Assembly (NCBI GenBank): GCA_951406725.2
Contig: OX597838.1
Span: 30,318,001-30,382,000 of the forward strand
DNA length: 64,000 bases
Source: Octopus vulgaris
Lineage: Eukaryota
Direction of reading: 5' to 3'
The stretch's first letter is position 1. Every line of letters begins with the position of its first letter. The position numbers and the translations under genes are program-made. The notes below the pieces were generated by a model that was not told where the DNA came from, searched no databases, and saw nothing but the letters and a program-made list of their open reading frames with translations. This document shows positions 43,129 through 58,089 of the stretch, one piece after another.

Positions 43129-43409
43129 ATGTATGTATATATATAATAATAAGAGTAAATAATTTCTATAATGGTTCTTAAAAAAAGACCACAATTATTT
43201 ACTGGTAGAATTCGGTATGTAAATATAGCCGGTTAACGGTAGGAACTTGTGTAAAGTTCTGTATATATATTGTAAATAAGAAAAAAGGGACAGGCAACAG
43301 GTTGCTTGACCGCATACTTGTGGAAAATAGAAATAAGCATTCTTGACTGCTATTTCTACTTTTTCGGTATGCGGTCAAGCAACCTGTTGCCTGTCCCTTT
43401 TTTCTATAT

Positions 43410-43464
<55 letters not shown>

Positions 43465-43469
<5 letters not shown>

Positions 43470-43666
43470 TCCCGGGTTGATACGGGGTTAACCACAGTAA
43501 GTAAGGTACTCAATACATAGCAGAGTAAAATTAATTTATTATATATGAAGGAGCTTCTACAGGACTAGTACTGTTTCATTCAAGAGAAATCTTCAGGAAG
43601 CTTCCTGAAGATTTCTCTTGAATGAAACAGTACTAGTCCTGTAGAAGCTCCTTCTATATAATAAAT

Positions 43667-43670
<4 letters not shown>
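43465..43670. mobile_element. Fold-back hammerhead element, second copy of the 17648 family in opposite orientation
   Basis: Palindrome centred at 43600|43601 (AAG|CTT); same tail sequence; (TA)n flanks. Confidence 0.75.
43599..43649 (+). ncRNA. Type I hammerhead ribozyme motif, same family as 17712 (mirror copy on minus strand)
   Basis: AGCTTC-CTGAAGA-TTTCTCTTGAAT-GAAACAG-TACTAGTC-CTGTA-GAAGCT; differences from the 17.7 kb copy fall at N7 and in loops. Confidence 0.72.
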
Positions 43671-43702
<32 letters not shown>

Positions 43703-43849
43703 GATCTGGAGGTGATGTACAGGTATTATACATTAGAAAAAATAAGGTGCTCAGAAATTTGGATGGTTGTACATTTACAGATTTTTACTAATATGTCACA
43801 CGTTTTTATAAACCATATATTTTTGTAGAGAATTGTTCCTTATCTTCAT

Positions 43850-44466
43850 TAGTCTTGAATGAAGATAAGTATACTGGTTTATACTCATAATAATACTGGT
43901 GGAATGTCCCAGTGAAAACCTTCAATAAAATGCAAGCACAACAGACCTGATATAATGATTTAGGATAGACAAAAGAAACTGTACTGTTGTGGAAATTAGC
44001 TGCCCAACGTATGTTAACGTACAGCTGAAGATCAGGGGAAAAGAGAGAATACCGATGGTGAACTATTGAGAAATCTGGAGTTACTCTATCCATTACAAGT
44101 TCAGGTTTCTATCTGTGATTATTGGGAGCCTGGGATATGTAACACACTGCCTAAATACCAATCTTGAGATATTGGGCTTTTCAAAACCAGAAAGGAGAAT
44201 GCTAATTCGAAGACTGCAGATCACTAGAACTGTCTGCATGCCTACATACATATATACATACATACAATACATACATACATACATACAAACATACATACTT
44301 ACATACATACACACATACATACATACATACATACATACATACATACATACATACATACATACATACATACATACATACATACATACATACATACATACAT
44401 ACATACATACATACATACATACATACATACATACATACATACATACATACATACATACATACATAC

Positions 44467-44497
<31 letters not shown>

Positions 44498-44806
44498 CAT
44501 ACATACATACATACATACATACATACATACATACATACATACATACACACATACATACATACATACATACATACATACATACATACATACATACATACAT
44601 ACATACTTACATACATACACACATACATACATACATACATACATACATACATACATACATACATACATACATACATACACACATACATACATACAAAAAT
44701 ACTCTGTTGTTGATGTTGAAATTCCAATGAAGGAGTCTTGGATCTAGGGAAGAAACTGGTTCTTTCTCTATTGTCAAGAAATCTTGAATTAAAACTGAAT
44801 AATGAC
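43850..44806 (+). mobile_element. RLE-type LINE 3' fragment containing a long (ACAT)n tract
   Basis: YWWNVPVK, VVEISCP, IIGSLGYV...LIRRLQ; related to the 9540 fragment. Confidence 0.7.
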
Positions 44807-45231
44807 ATACATATATACGTGCATACATACATATGTACGTAGTATGTACGTGCGTACATACATGAATGTTGAAGTTGATGGCTGTCCACTCGTGACCGAG
44901 AAAGACCATCACTGGCCATTGTCCATGCAAAATGCCAGCGATGCCCGTCTGCAGCTTCCATGCTCGGCGCGGCGCCCTCCAGCGCGACCGGACGTCGAAT
45001 AGTCCCCTCGTCGACGATGGCACAAACTAAAATTTTAGGTCCAATAAGACTTTCATAGCACCCCACAGACCCTCTCCGCCCTACTGACACGATCCAAAGA
45101 CAAGCCAGGGCAAGATATCCAGTACAAATATGGGTCACATGCTCAAGAAAGTCGGAGCCCAATTATCTCGAGTTCGAGTAAACGCACCCCTAAACATTCA
45201 ATGTCATTCCCTGTATGTACGAACATACATG

Positions 45232-45301
<70 letters not shown>

Positions 45302-45320
45302 ACGTGCCTGTATGCATGTA

Positions 45321-45557
45321 TTGGGTTGGTGCATAATTATTGCGGCTGTTTTTCAACAAATTTTATTCAACAAAAACATCTTTAAATGACGGTCTGCCCG
45401 TCTGCCAAACAAATGGGAAGCAGTAACTGAAGTAGATGGTGAATATGCTCAGGAATAATCATCTAAAGACGTTTTTGTTAAATATTGTTATTGTTTTTGT
45501 TGAATAAAATTTGTTGAAAAAAAAAAAAAAGCCGCAATAATTATGGACCAACCCCAG
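45321..45557. mobile_element. Mariner-derived MITE
   Basis: TIRs ttgggttggtgcataattattgcggc / gccgcaataattatggaccaacccc; second copy at 52714-53250. Confidence 0.8.
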
Positions 45558-45737
45558 TATGTATTTGTGTCAGTCCTGTTCGAAACGCTTTTACAGAAGA
45601 CAGTTGCCCACAGGAGGGCGCTGTGGTATCAATACTTAGAGCTATAAATACGTGCAGCCTGTGTGTAACTCCATTGTATGGTTCACGTTGATGATGATGA
45701 TGCTTGTTATTATAATCACCACCATCATCACCACCAT

Positions 45738-45827
<90 letters not shown>

Positions 45828-46534
45828 TAGCAGGTCCACCACCACCACCACCATCAACAACTACAACACCAGCGTTATCACCGTCGCCATCATCACCACC
45901 AACACCTTCACCGCCATTGCCGTTACCATGACGACGACCGCCACATCAACACAACCACTGCTGCCACCACTTCCACCACCACTACAACTACCACTACCAT
46001 CACTACTATTACCACCACCACCACCACCACCACCACCACCACCACCACCACCACCACCACCACAACCACCACCACCACCACCACCACCACCACCACCACC
46101 ACCATCACCACTACCACCACCACCACCACCACCACCACAATTAAACTCAACATTTCTTCAACGAGCCGCGCCAAAGAATTGTTCTTGATGCGGTTGGTCG
46201 ACCTACATAAATAGCAGCCAAAAATAAATTTCGCTTGACCCGACTTCATAATGGGAAGGACACATTAGACAAGGCAATCCTTGATAAACCAAACTACCGT
46301 TGGAGATTGTGCTGGAATGTCTTTGATCATTTCAGACCTGGACTGTCAGGCCTGACCCGGGGCTAAACAACCATAATGATCACAACTTCAAAGAGAAACC
46401 CACCACCACGACCATCATCATCGTCGTCATCATCATCGTCATCGTCGTCGTCGTCATCATCATCATCATCACCGTCAAAATCATCATCATCATCATCCTC
46501 ATTATCATCATCATCATCATCGTCATCGTCGTCG

Positions 46535-46584
<50 letters not shown>

Positions 46585-47181
46585 TACATTATCACAATCA
46601 CTACCGCCACCACCACGACCAGTACGACGACCACCACCATCATCATCATCATCATCGTCATCATCATAATCCTCCTCCTCCTCATCATCATCATCAACAT
46701 CATCACCAACAACAATATCATTACCATCATTGTCGTCGTCGTCATCATCATCATCATCATCGCCACTAACACCTTGTTCACCCCCACCATCACCACCACT
46801 ACCACCACTACCACCACCACAACAAAAACAACAACCCAGACCACCACCACCGCCACGCCGCCGCCATCTTTAACTTCCCCCTCTTCATCATCATTAACGA
46901 CATTCTTCTTATTATTATCCTTATTGTTGTTGTTGTTGTTATCATTATTATTATTAATCGCTAGACGGGTTCAAGGAGTTATTACTTTTTTTTTTTTTTT
47001 TCATAATCATCATTAATTATAAAGCTTGGCATCTTAATGAGTTTAATTAATGTGATGGTGATGGCTGTGCATGGGCGTGAGGGAGAAAAGAAGAAAAAAA
47101 AACGAAAACCAACGCCCTGGTATTGGATACTAAACGTTATATAATAACTATAATAATAACAATAATAACAATAATAATAAC

Positions 47182-47252
<71 letters not shown>

Positions 47253-47457
47253 TAATAATAATGATAATAATAATAATAATGATAATAATAATAATAACAG
47301 TAATGGCGGTGGTTATTATAGTTGTTTGGAGGTCAAGAGAAATAGAACGTAAGGAACCCAGTACAATGGGACATTATAAACGAATTTGAGCCTACATGCG
47401 TTTATATATATACAAAGCAGAACGCACCCACATGCATGCGCATACTCGCACACGTAT

Positions 47458-47532
<75 letters not shown>

Positions 47533-47620
47533 TACTTACACGTAGAGACAAACACATAAACACAAGCAAATGTCGTATATATATATATATTTTTTTTATG
47601 TGTGTATATATATATTTATG

Positions 47621-47657
<37 letters not shown>

Positions 47658-47720
47658 ACACACGCACATATTTATAGTCAAAATGAGGATATTTAAACTT
47701 CTTGTAAGGATTTTTTTTAA

Positions 47721-47761
<41 letters not shown>

Positions 47762-47812
47762 GTATAGGAAAGAATGGAGCTGAACGAAGATTTAACAAAA
47801 TTCCTTTAATTT

Positions 47813-47895
47813 ATTTTCGACATATGTTTCGAAGTCTGCAAAGTCCCAAATTCCGATTGAATGAGTCCATTTTGCAGCTTTCTCTTCAGGAAAAT
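47813..47895 (-). ncRNA. Type I hammerhead ribozyme motif (inverted copy of 47998-48083)
   Basis: Reverse complement of the same motif with a small deletion in loop II. Confidence 0.85.
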
Positions 47896-47997
47896 CCAGG
47901 AACTTAATTCTCCAACAAAATGCACAACAAGCTTTTCGACAAACGCTCACGAGGAGCCCACGAAATTGTGCATTTTGTTGGAGAATTAAGTTCCTGG

Positions 47998-48083
47998 ATT
48001 TTCCTGAAGAGAAAGCTGCAAAATGGACTCCTTATTCAATCGGAATTTGGGACTTTGCAGACTTCGAAACATATGTCGAAAAT
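47998..48083 (+). ncRNA. Type I hammerhead ribozyme motif with long stem II
   Basis: ATTTTC-CTGAAGA-GAAAGCTGCAAA...TTTGCAGACTTC-GAAAC-ATAT-GTC-GAAAAT; GUC triplet, palindromic stem III ACATATGT. Confidence 0.88.
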
Positions 48084-48297
48084 AAAATAAAATAAAATAA
48101 AGGAATTTTGTTAAATCTTCGTTCAGCTCCATTCTTTCCTATACTTAATATGTAAAACTTCAAATTTCCGCACTAAGGCTCGGATTTTATGCCCCATGGT
48201 CGTAACTTCAACCGTGCCCTTTCTGTTGTGAATTTTGCTACCCAGGTATCGGTTATCTTTCGAATTATCCGTAATAAGATAATTCATTTATCTACTT

Positions 48298-48345
<48 letters not shown>

Positions 48346-48413
48346 ATATATATGTATAAAAGCATGCGTACATATACACACACACGGATACATACATGAA
48401 CTTACATGTAAAG

Positions 48414-48513
<100 letters not shown>

Positions 48514-48606
48514 GTATATGTTTATATGTATATGGATAGATAAATATATAGGTATCAATATAAATATAGATATATTCATATATGTACATATATATATACA
48601 TACATA

Positions 48607-48653
<47 letters not shown>

Positions 48654-48668
48654 TACATACATACATAC

Positions 48669-48708
<40 letters not shown>

Positions 48709-48733
48709 TACAGAGCGGGAGAGAGAGAGTGAG

Positions 48734-48811
<78 letters not shown>

Positions 48812-49027
48812 CTGCATATCCATAACGATATACGTGCACACTCAAAACACACACACACCTACACACACTTATGCATACAGACCATTGTCTTAGCATGCGG
48901 ACGATAACGGATACTTGCTGCCGATGACTCACGAACCGGCAGAAGTGCCGGATCTGGTAATTCCACCACCGCTTTCCGTTTGCAACTGATATTTCCGAGA
49001 ATCTTTTTTTATCACTGCACGTTCATG

Positions 49028-49129
<102 letters not shown>

Positions 49130-49190
49130 ATAGATAAATATATAGGTATCAATATAAATATAGATATATGTATGTTTATATGTGTATGTA

Positions 49191-50486
49191 CGAGGGGCGT
49201 TCAATAAGTAATGCCTCTGACCCACTTGCAGTTGTTTGATCTAGCTGAAAATTTACATGTGCAATTATTTATATCTCTATAGATTAAGTGGCAAATTACA
49301 GCTCTGAACTAATTGTGGTTTCTGATTTACAGGTGTTTGAACTGAGTCAAGTGTGAAATGGAGCCTGTTGAGTGTCGAGCAGTGATCCGGTTTTTGTATT
49401 TGAAAGGACGCACACTACGGGAGACATTTGATGAAATGAAAGTAACTTATGGTGATGATGCCCCATCATATGACCTTGTAAAACGCTGGCATCGTGAATT
49501 CAAACATGGTTGGAACTCAGTGGAAACAGCTCCCAGATCTGGTCGCCCCCTTCTGCCATTGATGAGGCATCTGTCCGTCAAGTTGAGGCTGCCATTTTGG
49601 AAGATCGACGCATAACTATTCGCCAAATAGCCCATGAGGTCAAGTTTAGTACCGGGTCTGTGAAAACTATCATTCATGACCATTTGCATATGCAAAAGGT
49701 GTCTGGCAGATGGATTCCCAGGTTGCTCACACCTTTCCAGAAGCAAGAACGCGTCGAGTGCTCGAGGATGAATTTGGAGATGTGCCAAGAAGATGAGTCA
49801 AAATTTTTCAAAAGACTGATTACACAGGATGAAATCTGGGTCAATCACTATGATCCAGAGACCAAAGCCCAGTCAATGCAGTGGAAGCACCGTGACTCAC
49901 CTCCTCCAAAGAAGGCAAGGGTGCAGCCCTCCACTGGCAAGGTCATGCTCACAGTCTTCTGGGACCAGGACGGAGTAGTGATGACAGATTTCCTGGCAAA
50001 GGGTACCACAATTACAGAGGAGCCTATTATGCTTCACTTTTGAGGAAATTAAGAGAAGCTATCAAAATCAAGAGGTGGAGCAAGATCAGCAAAGGCATCC
50101 TCCTCCTGCAGGACAACGCTCCGGTCTACAACTCGCGTGTCGCCAGATCAGAAGCACAGGCGTGCGGCTATGAACTCCTCCCCCATCCCCCCCCATCTCT
50201 CTTGACCTTGCACCCTCTGATTTTCACCTCTTCCCAGCCATGAAGTTGTTTTTGAAAGGAAAGCGTTTCCCAGATGATGCAGCCTTGATTTCTGAGGTCA
50301 CGTCGTGGTTGGAGCACCAAGCTGGGGTCTTCTACAAAAACGGTCTCCAGAGTTGCATCAAACGATAGGAGAAATGTGTAACTCTGAGTGGTTCCTATGT
50401 AGAAAAAGACTAATAACTGTGCCAAGTTTCGTTGCTCTACTGCTATGGGAAGTGGGTCAGGGGCATTACTTATTGAACGTCCCTCG
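49191..50486 (+). mobile_element. Mariner transposon, full length, decayed transposase (49358-50413)
   Basis: TIRs cgaggggcgttcaataagtaatgcc / ggcattacttattgaacgtccctcg with TA TSD; motifs WIPRLL, ITQDEIW, LQDNAPVY; frameshifts. Confidence 0.95.
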
Positions 50487-50516
50487 TATATGTATATATA
50501 CATACATATATATATG

Positions 50517-50591
<75 letters not shown>

Positions 50592-50619
50592 GCATACAGA
50601 GCGAGAGAGAGAGAGTGAG

Positions 50620-50847
<228 letters not shown>

Positions 50848-51508
50848 GCATACCCATAACTATACACGTGCACACTCAAAACACACGCACACACCTACAC
50901 ACACTTATGCATACAGACCATTGTCTCAGCATGCGGACGATAACGGACACTTGCTGCCGATGACTCACGAACCGGCAGAAGTCCCGGATCTGGTAATTCC
51001 ACCACCGCTTTCCGTTTGCAACTGATATTTCCAAGAATCTTTTTTTAGCACTGCACGTTCATGCAATATGCTTTATCAAGACCGCAATACCGCAATGGTG
51101 TGGTTTTCTTAGAGTATTTCCACATTAAGTACGATATACAGGATGCTGTTTTGAACTGGCACTGTGTGCGTGTTATCCCGCCCACCACGCATGTTTAGTT
51201 AAAACGTAAATGTTTGTGTAAGCGCCAATACGGAACTAGAAATAAGGCACCGTCGGAAACTCGGTTATTCTGCGAGGGAGTGCTGAAGAGTTCCTGATAC
51301 ATACATGCATGCATACATACATACATACATACATACATACATAAATACATACATACATACATGCATGCATGCATGCATACATACATACATACATACATAC
51401 ATACATACATACATACATACATACATACATACATACATGCATGCATGCATGCATACATACATAAATACATACATACATGCATGCATGCATACATACATAC
51501 ATACATAC

Positions 51509-51539
<31 letters not shown>

Positions 51540-51987
51540 CATACATACATACATACAAGCAAGCAAGCATACATACATACATACATACATACATACATAC
51601 ATACATACATACATACATACATACATACATACATACATACATACATACATACATACATACATACATACATACATACATACATACATACATACATACATAC
51701 ATACATACATACATACATACATACATACATACATACAAGCAAGCAAGCATACATACATACATACATACATACATACATACATACATACATACATACAAGC
51801 AAGCAAGCAAGCATACATACATACATACATACATACATACATACATACATACATACATACATACATACATACATACATACATACATACATACATACATAC
51901 ATACATACATGCATACATACATACAAGCAAGCAAGCATACATACATACATACATATGCATGTATACACACCTATATTCATACATGCA

Positions 51988-52050
<63 letters not shown>

Positions 52051-52267
52051 TTTATTTTAAGCAACAGAAAATTCAACAAAATCTGTATATATTCTTTTAC
52101 TCTTTTACTTGTTTCAGTCATTTGACTGCGGCCATGCTGGAGCACCACCTTTAGTCGAGCAAATCGACCCCGGGACTTATTCTTTGTAAGCCCAGTACTT
52201 ATTCTATCGGTCTCTTTTGCCGAACCGCTAAGTTACGGGGACGTAAACACACCAGACACACACAAAT

Positions 52268-52308
<41 letters not shown>

Positions 52309-52497
52309 TACGACAGGCTCCTTTCAGTTTCCGTCTACCAAATCCACTCACAAGGCATTGGTCGGCCCGGGGCTATAGCAGAAGACACTTGCCCAAGATG
52401 TCACGCAGTGGGACTGAACCCGCAACGACGTGGTTGGTTAGCAAGCTACTTACCACACAGCCACTCCTGCGCCTATAATATATATATATATATATAT

Positions 52498-52640
52498 GAT
52501 CACCTTGACCGACCAGTCCGTCAGGCGTCCATTTGACACCGCTGGTCACAGCACGCTGTCCACTCCTCTCTGGATCGCGCCTTTCTCATCCACGTGATCC
52601 CAATCGTCCTCCTGAAATCGTAACTCCACCGTCGTGGGAA

Positions 52641-52643
<3 letters not shown>
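52498..52643 (-). mobile_element. RTE-like LINE 3' end in (TA)n; second copy 55558-55720
   Basis: PRRWSYDFRRTIGITWMRKARSREEW...*; two near-identical copies flanked by TA repeats. Confidence 0.7.
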
Positions 52644-52713
<70 letters not shown>

Positions 52714-52715
<2 letters not shown>

Positions 52716-53250
52716 TGGGTTGATGCATAATTATTGCGGCTTTTTTTCGACAAATCTTATTCAAGAAAAACAATAACAATATTTCACAAAACATCTTTCA
52801 ATGGCTGTCTGCCCGTCTGCCAAGCAAACGGGATGCAGGAATTGTAGTAGATGGCGAATATAAAAAAATAGATAAATGCGCCCTTTTAACGCCTAGCCAG
52901 GCTCATGGGCCCGGTTTCCCGGCTTCTATGGCGTATGAGTTCCCCAGCTGGACGGGACGCCAGTCGATTGCAACGTTACTCATTTTTGCCAGCTGAGTGG
53001 ACTGGAGCAACGTGAAATGAAGTGTTTTGCTCAAGAACACAACGCGTCGCCCGGTCCAGGAATCGAAACCACAATCTTACGATCATGATGCTGACACCCT
53101 AACCACTAAGCCACGCGCCTCTACAGATGGCGAACATGCTCCGGAATGATCATTTTTAAAATGTTTTTGTTACATGTTGCTATTGTTTTTGTTGAATAAA
53201 ATTTGTTGGGGAAAAAAAAACCGCAATAATTAATTATACACCAACCCAAT
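52714..53250. mobile_element. Mariner-derived MITE interrupted by a minus-strand tRNA-SINE (~52862-53124)
   Basis: Same TIRs and body as 45321; SINE flanked by the duplication agatggcgaa. Confidence 0.8.
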
Positions 53251-54449
53251 TTATATATTCAAGATTTTGATGATGCGGTTTTATATTTTTAGAATCACCC
53301 CACTCCTCCCCCCACACACACCCGCACACACGCGCGCGCACACATATACGAGGTGGGTGGCTGAAAAGCTCGTGGCTTTGGGTAAAAGAAAATACAGGAG
53401 GATCAGTTAATTATGATTTTATCCAACATATTCCCCTTCTCAGATTCACCCGTTTATTGCAGTGGCCCTTCAGTATTTTAAGCCCTGTAAAAGAACTCGG
53501 AAGGTTGGGCCTCCAGCCAGGCCTTTTGCGATACCCTTAAAGCCAGGGACTTTTCAGCACTCCCTCCTATATATATGTTTATCAGCATATATATATATAT
53601 TTCTTTACTACCCATAAGGGGCTAAACACAGAGGGGACAAACAAGGACAGACAAAGGGATTAAGTCGATTACATCGACTCCAGTGCATAACTGGTACTTA
53701 ATTGCTCGACCCCGAAAGGATGAAAGGCAAAGTCGACCTCGGCGGAATTTGAACTCAGAACGAAACGGCAGACGAAATACGGCTACGCATTTCGCCCGGC
53801 GTGCTAACGGTTCTGCCAGCTCACCGCCTTATCAGCATATATATACACACACACACAGACACATGAGGGGTGCTGAAAAATTCCTGGCTTTCACTAAAAG
53901 AAAATAGAGGAGGATCAGTTAATTATGATTTTATTCAACATATTCCCCTCTCAGATTCACACACTTATTGCAGTAGTCCTTCAGTTTTTATAAGCCCTGT
54001 AAAAGAAGAACTCAGAAATTTGGGCCTTCAGCCAGGCCTTTTCCGATTTCCTTAAAGCCAGTAACATCTTGTAATTTCAGCATAGGACAAAATGCCTATC
54101 GGTATTTCTTGTGACTCGTTACGTTCTGAGTTCAAATCCACTAGCGTTCAACTAAGATTTTTATCCTTCCTAAATAAATGAAATAAAATATCAGTGCAAT
54201 ACTAGGCCAATCCCTTTCACTGCAAATTTCTGGTTCTTTGCCTACAACAATTATATCTAAATCTATGTATTGCAGGCCATTTCTCTCGTTTGTATTTAGA
54301 AGGAAAGGCGTGGGTGTGTGGTAAGACGCTTGCTTTCCGACCACATTGTTTCGGGTTCAGTCCCACTGGGCAAGTGTCTTCTACAATATCCTCAGGCCGA
54401 CCAAATCCATGTCAGTAGATTTGGTAGACGAAAACTGAAAGAAGCCCGT

Positions 54450-54516
<67 letters not shown>

Positions 54517-54737
54517 ATATGTATATATATATGTGTATTTGTGTCTGTGTTTGCCCCCCCCCCCCCGATCGCTTGACACCTATGTTGGAGAGTTTATGCC
54601 CCCATTACTTAGCTGTTAGGCAAAAGAGAGTGATAGAATCAGTACCAGGCTCACAAAGAATAAGTCTTGGGGTCGATTTGCTCGATTAAAAAAAAAAACC
54701 TTCAAATGACCGAAACAAGTAAAAGAATGAAAGAATA

Positions 54738-55019
54738 CAGGCTGCGATGGGTAAATTGTAATTTTTGTGTATTGTTTGTTTTTGATTTTGTTGACTACAT
54801 ATTATTGTAGGGTGAGTTGGGCACCGTCTGTGAGAAAAACGGTACCATGTCGCAATTCACTTTGCCAGAAAAGCCAACGACGATTTTATTACGTAAATTT
54901 ATTCTTTAGTATTTCAAGACATTTTAATGTAATTTTGGTAAATGTATCTGTTAAAATGAGATGTCTGTATTATTTTCATTTTTGCGTAATTTAGACAACA
55001 GTTTATTCACCACACCCTG
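54738..55019. mobile_element. Tc1/mariner-type MITE
   Basis: ta-caggctgcgatgggtaaattgt ... acagtttattcaccacaccctg-ta imperfect TIRs. Confidence 0.55.
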
Positions 55020-55020
55020 T

Positions 55021-55076
<56 letters not shown>

Positions 55077-55127
55077 GTGTGTGTGTGTGTGTGTATACAT
55101 ATATATACACATATACATATATACATA

Positions 55128-55297
55128 GGCGCAGGAGTGGCTATGTGGTAAGTAGCTTGCTTCCCAATGACATGGTTCCGGCTCAGTCCCACTGCGTGGC
55201 ACCTTGGGCAAGTGTCTTCTACTATAGCTTCGGGCTGAGCAAAGCCTTGTGAGTGGATTTGGCAGACGGAAACTGAAAGAAGCCCGTCGTATATATG

Positions 55298-55349
<52 letters not shown>

Positions 55350-55545
55350 TGTGTCTGTGTTTGTCCACCCAACATCACTTGACAACCGATGCTGGTGTGT
55401 TTACGTCCCCGTAACTTAGCGGTTCGGCAAAAGAGACCAATGGAATCAGTACTAGGCTTACAAAGAATAAGACCTGGGGTCGATTTGCTCGACTAAAGGC
55501 GGTGCTCCAGCATGGCCACAGTCAAATGACTGAAACAAGTAAAAG
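55128..55545 (+). mobile_element. CORE-type tRNA SINE with internal TA/TG microsatellite
   Basis: ggcgcaggagtggct..tggtaag head, ccttgggcaagtgtctt CORE-like motif; copies at 9135-9538(-), 27648-28090, 34467-35026, 52093-52474(-), 54306-54730. Confidence 0.8.
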
Positions 55546-55718
55546 TATATATATATATATCACCTTGATCACCTTGACCGACCAGTCCGTCAGGCGTCCA
55601 TTTGACACCGCTAGTCACAGCACGCTGTCCACTCCTCTCTGGATCGCGCCTTTCTCATCCACGTGATCCCAATCATCCTCTTGAAATCGTAACTCCACCG
55701 TCGTGGAGGTCTTCCAGG

Positions 55719-55789
<71 letters not shown>

Positions 55790-56915
55790 TTTATATATAT
55801 ACTCTTTTACGTGTTTCAGTCATTTGACTGTGGCCATGCTGGAGCACTGCCTTTAGTCGAGCAAATCGACCCCAGATAGATAAAAAGAAAGAAAAAAACC
55901 CCACAAAAGAACAGAGAGTTATGCATTCCTTGATCAACTCAAGCTCGTTTCGGTTCGATTGCAAAATTTCCAAATTCTTTGATGCAGCAAACATGTATGA
56001 TAATCGATCCCATATTTGATCGGCTAAGAACCTGCTTTCAATTTCTGTCTCCATAGATTTTTAATCGATCAAGAATGCGATCGATGATTAATATGCATAA
56101 TTACTGCATCAGAGAATTTTGAAATTTGTCATTCTAACCGAACCGTGCATAAGCTGATTAAGGAATGTATAATTCTCCATTATCTTGTATCTTCTTTCTT
56201 TCTTTCTTTCTTTCTTTCTCTCTTTCTTTCTTTCTTCCTTTCTGCATATAATATATATATATATATATAGACGGCGAACTGGCAGAAACGTTAGCACGCC
56301 GGGCGAAATACTCAGCAGTATTTCGTCTGTCGCTACGTTCTGAGTTCAATTTCCGCCGAGATCGACTTTGCCTTTCATCCTTTCGGGGTCGATAAATAAA
56401 GTACCAGTTTCGCACTGGGATCGATGTAATCGACTTAATCCCTTAGTCTGTCCTTGTTTGTCCCCTCTATGTTTAGCCTCTTGTGGGCAGTGAAGAAATA
56501 TACATATAGACATGCACACAGACATAGACGCACGCCCGCACAAACACACACATACACACACATACACACACACACACACACACATACACACACACACACA
56601 CACACGTGTATACACTTAATGTAGTTCTCAGGGAGATTTAACTTGACACAGAATGTGACAAAGTTGGTGCAATTCATTTTTGCCAGCTAACCAGATTGGA
56701 GCAACATATCAAATTTTTGAAACAAACTCAATAATCTTATGTTTTCCTAAACATTCTCCAGAATAGTACTATGTGCAAAACCAACTATATGACACCCTAG
56801 GCATAACACCAACATGAACTTCTAACTTATTGCCTCTTGAGGTCTCTGGGTGAGACTTGGAGCCACCTTGTCAAAGCAAAAGTCAAACATAAAATAATAA
56901 TAATAATAATAATAA

Positions 56916-56977
<62 letters not shown>

Positions 56978-57074
56978 ATAATAATAAGAAGAAGAAGAAG
57001 AAAAAGAAGAAGAAGAAGAAGAAGAAGAAGACGAATAACAACAACAACAACAACAATATTAACAACAACAATAA

Positions 57075-57609
57075 TGGAAGTGTTATCATGTACATTGTTT
57101 TGTCTTGGTATAAAAGATGGGCTACAGCAAATATTCTGCTCAATACCACAGACTTGCTTGTCAGTTGTTTGACCTTAAACTAGTTGAGCATGTTCCTTAG
57201 TGGCTGACGATATGTGCATCTCTGATCACGAGCAGAAGTAGTGGGGGAGCATCATAGCCATGTGTTGAGAGGGATTCTTTGGGATTTGAATAATTCACTT
57301 CTGGAAACATGGGTGTTTCGTTCAATATCCTTAAACAACCCTTATTCAGGGACCTTTTGAGCGGGATGGGCTACTCAACCTGAAGAAAATTCTAACTGGG
57401 CCCCACCTGCAAGGTCATACACTGTTTATCTTGATAAACAGTGATGCATGTGCCTAGTTGTGATGCATGTACCTAGTTGTGATGCATGTACCTAGTTGTG
57501 ATGCATGTACCTAGTGTACCCTTATCAGATGGGTAGTCATGATGGGTATACTGTGCTACGCATATTTTACCTCAGTGTCACTTTGATGGCATACACTGCT
57601 CTCTCACTC

Positions 57610-57610
<1 letters not shown>
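57075..57610 (+). mobile_element. Same (TAA)n-associated retroposon with an internal 21-bp tandem repeat
   Basis: Reverse complement of the 11171 family; (gtgatgcatgtacctagtt..) units repeated at ~57441-57515. Confidence 0.8.
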
Positions 57611-57687
<77 letters not shown>

Positions 57688-57800
57688 CAGGAAAGTACTA
57701 GATAGTTGAACAGAACGAATGGCACGGTACCATAGGCTGTAGGCAGCAAGCCCGCTACGCATGTAAGACTCCAAGAGTTCCAACAAATCCCAGGATAATA

Positions 57801-58085
<285 letters not shown>

Positions 58086-58089
58086 TGGG

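Larger units (their letters stand above)
47755..48300. mobile_element. Fold-back hammerhead element in (TA)n
   Basis: Inverted arms 47755-47927/47966-48151, right arm extends about 150 bp further; (TA)n flanks. Confidence 0.75.

Noticed and set aside
44717-44768. GAAAC-TG-GTT motif in a LINE 3' UTR
   Set aside because: No CUGANGA-like core or paired stems in this copy
44870-45210. GC-rich stretch within a 231-aa minus-strand ORF
   Set aside because: No recognisable domain or splice pair; more likely a decayed retroelement end between microsatellites
51225-51297. GGAAC...GAAA...CTGAAGA-GTTCC, possible type II hammerhead
   Set aside because: Extra bases before GAAA and no convincing stem I by eye
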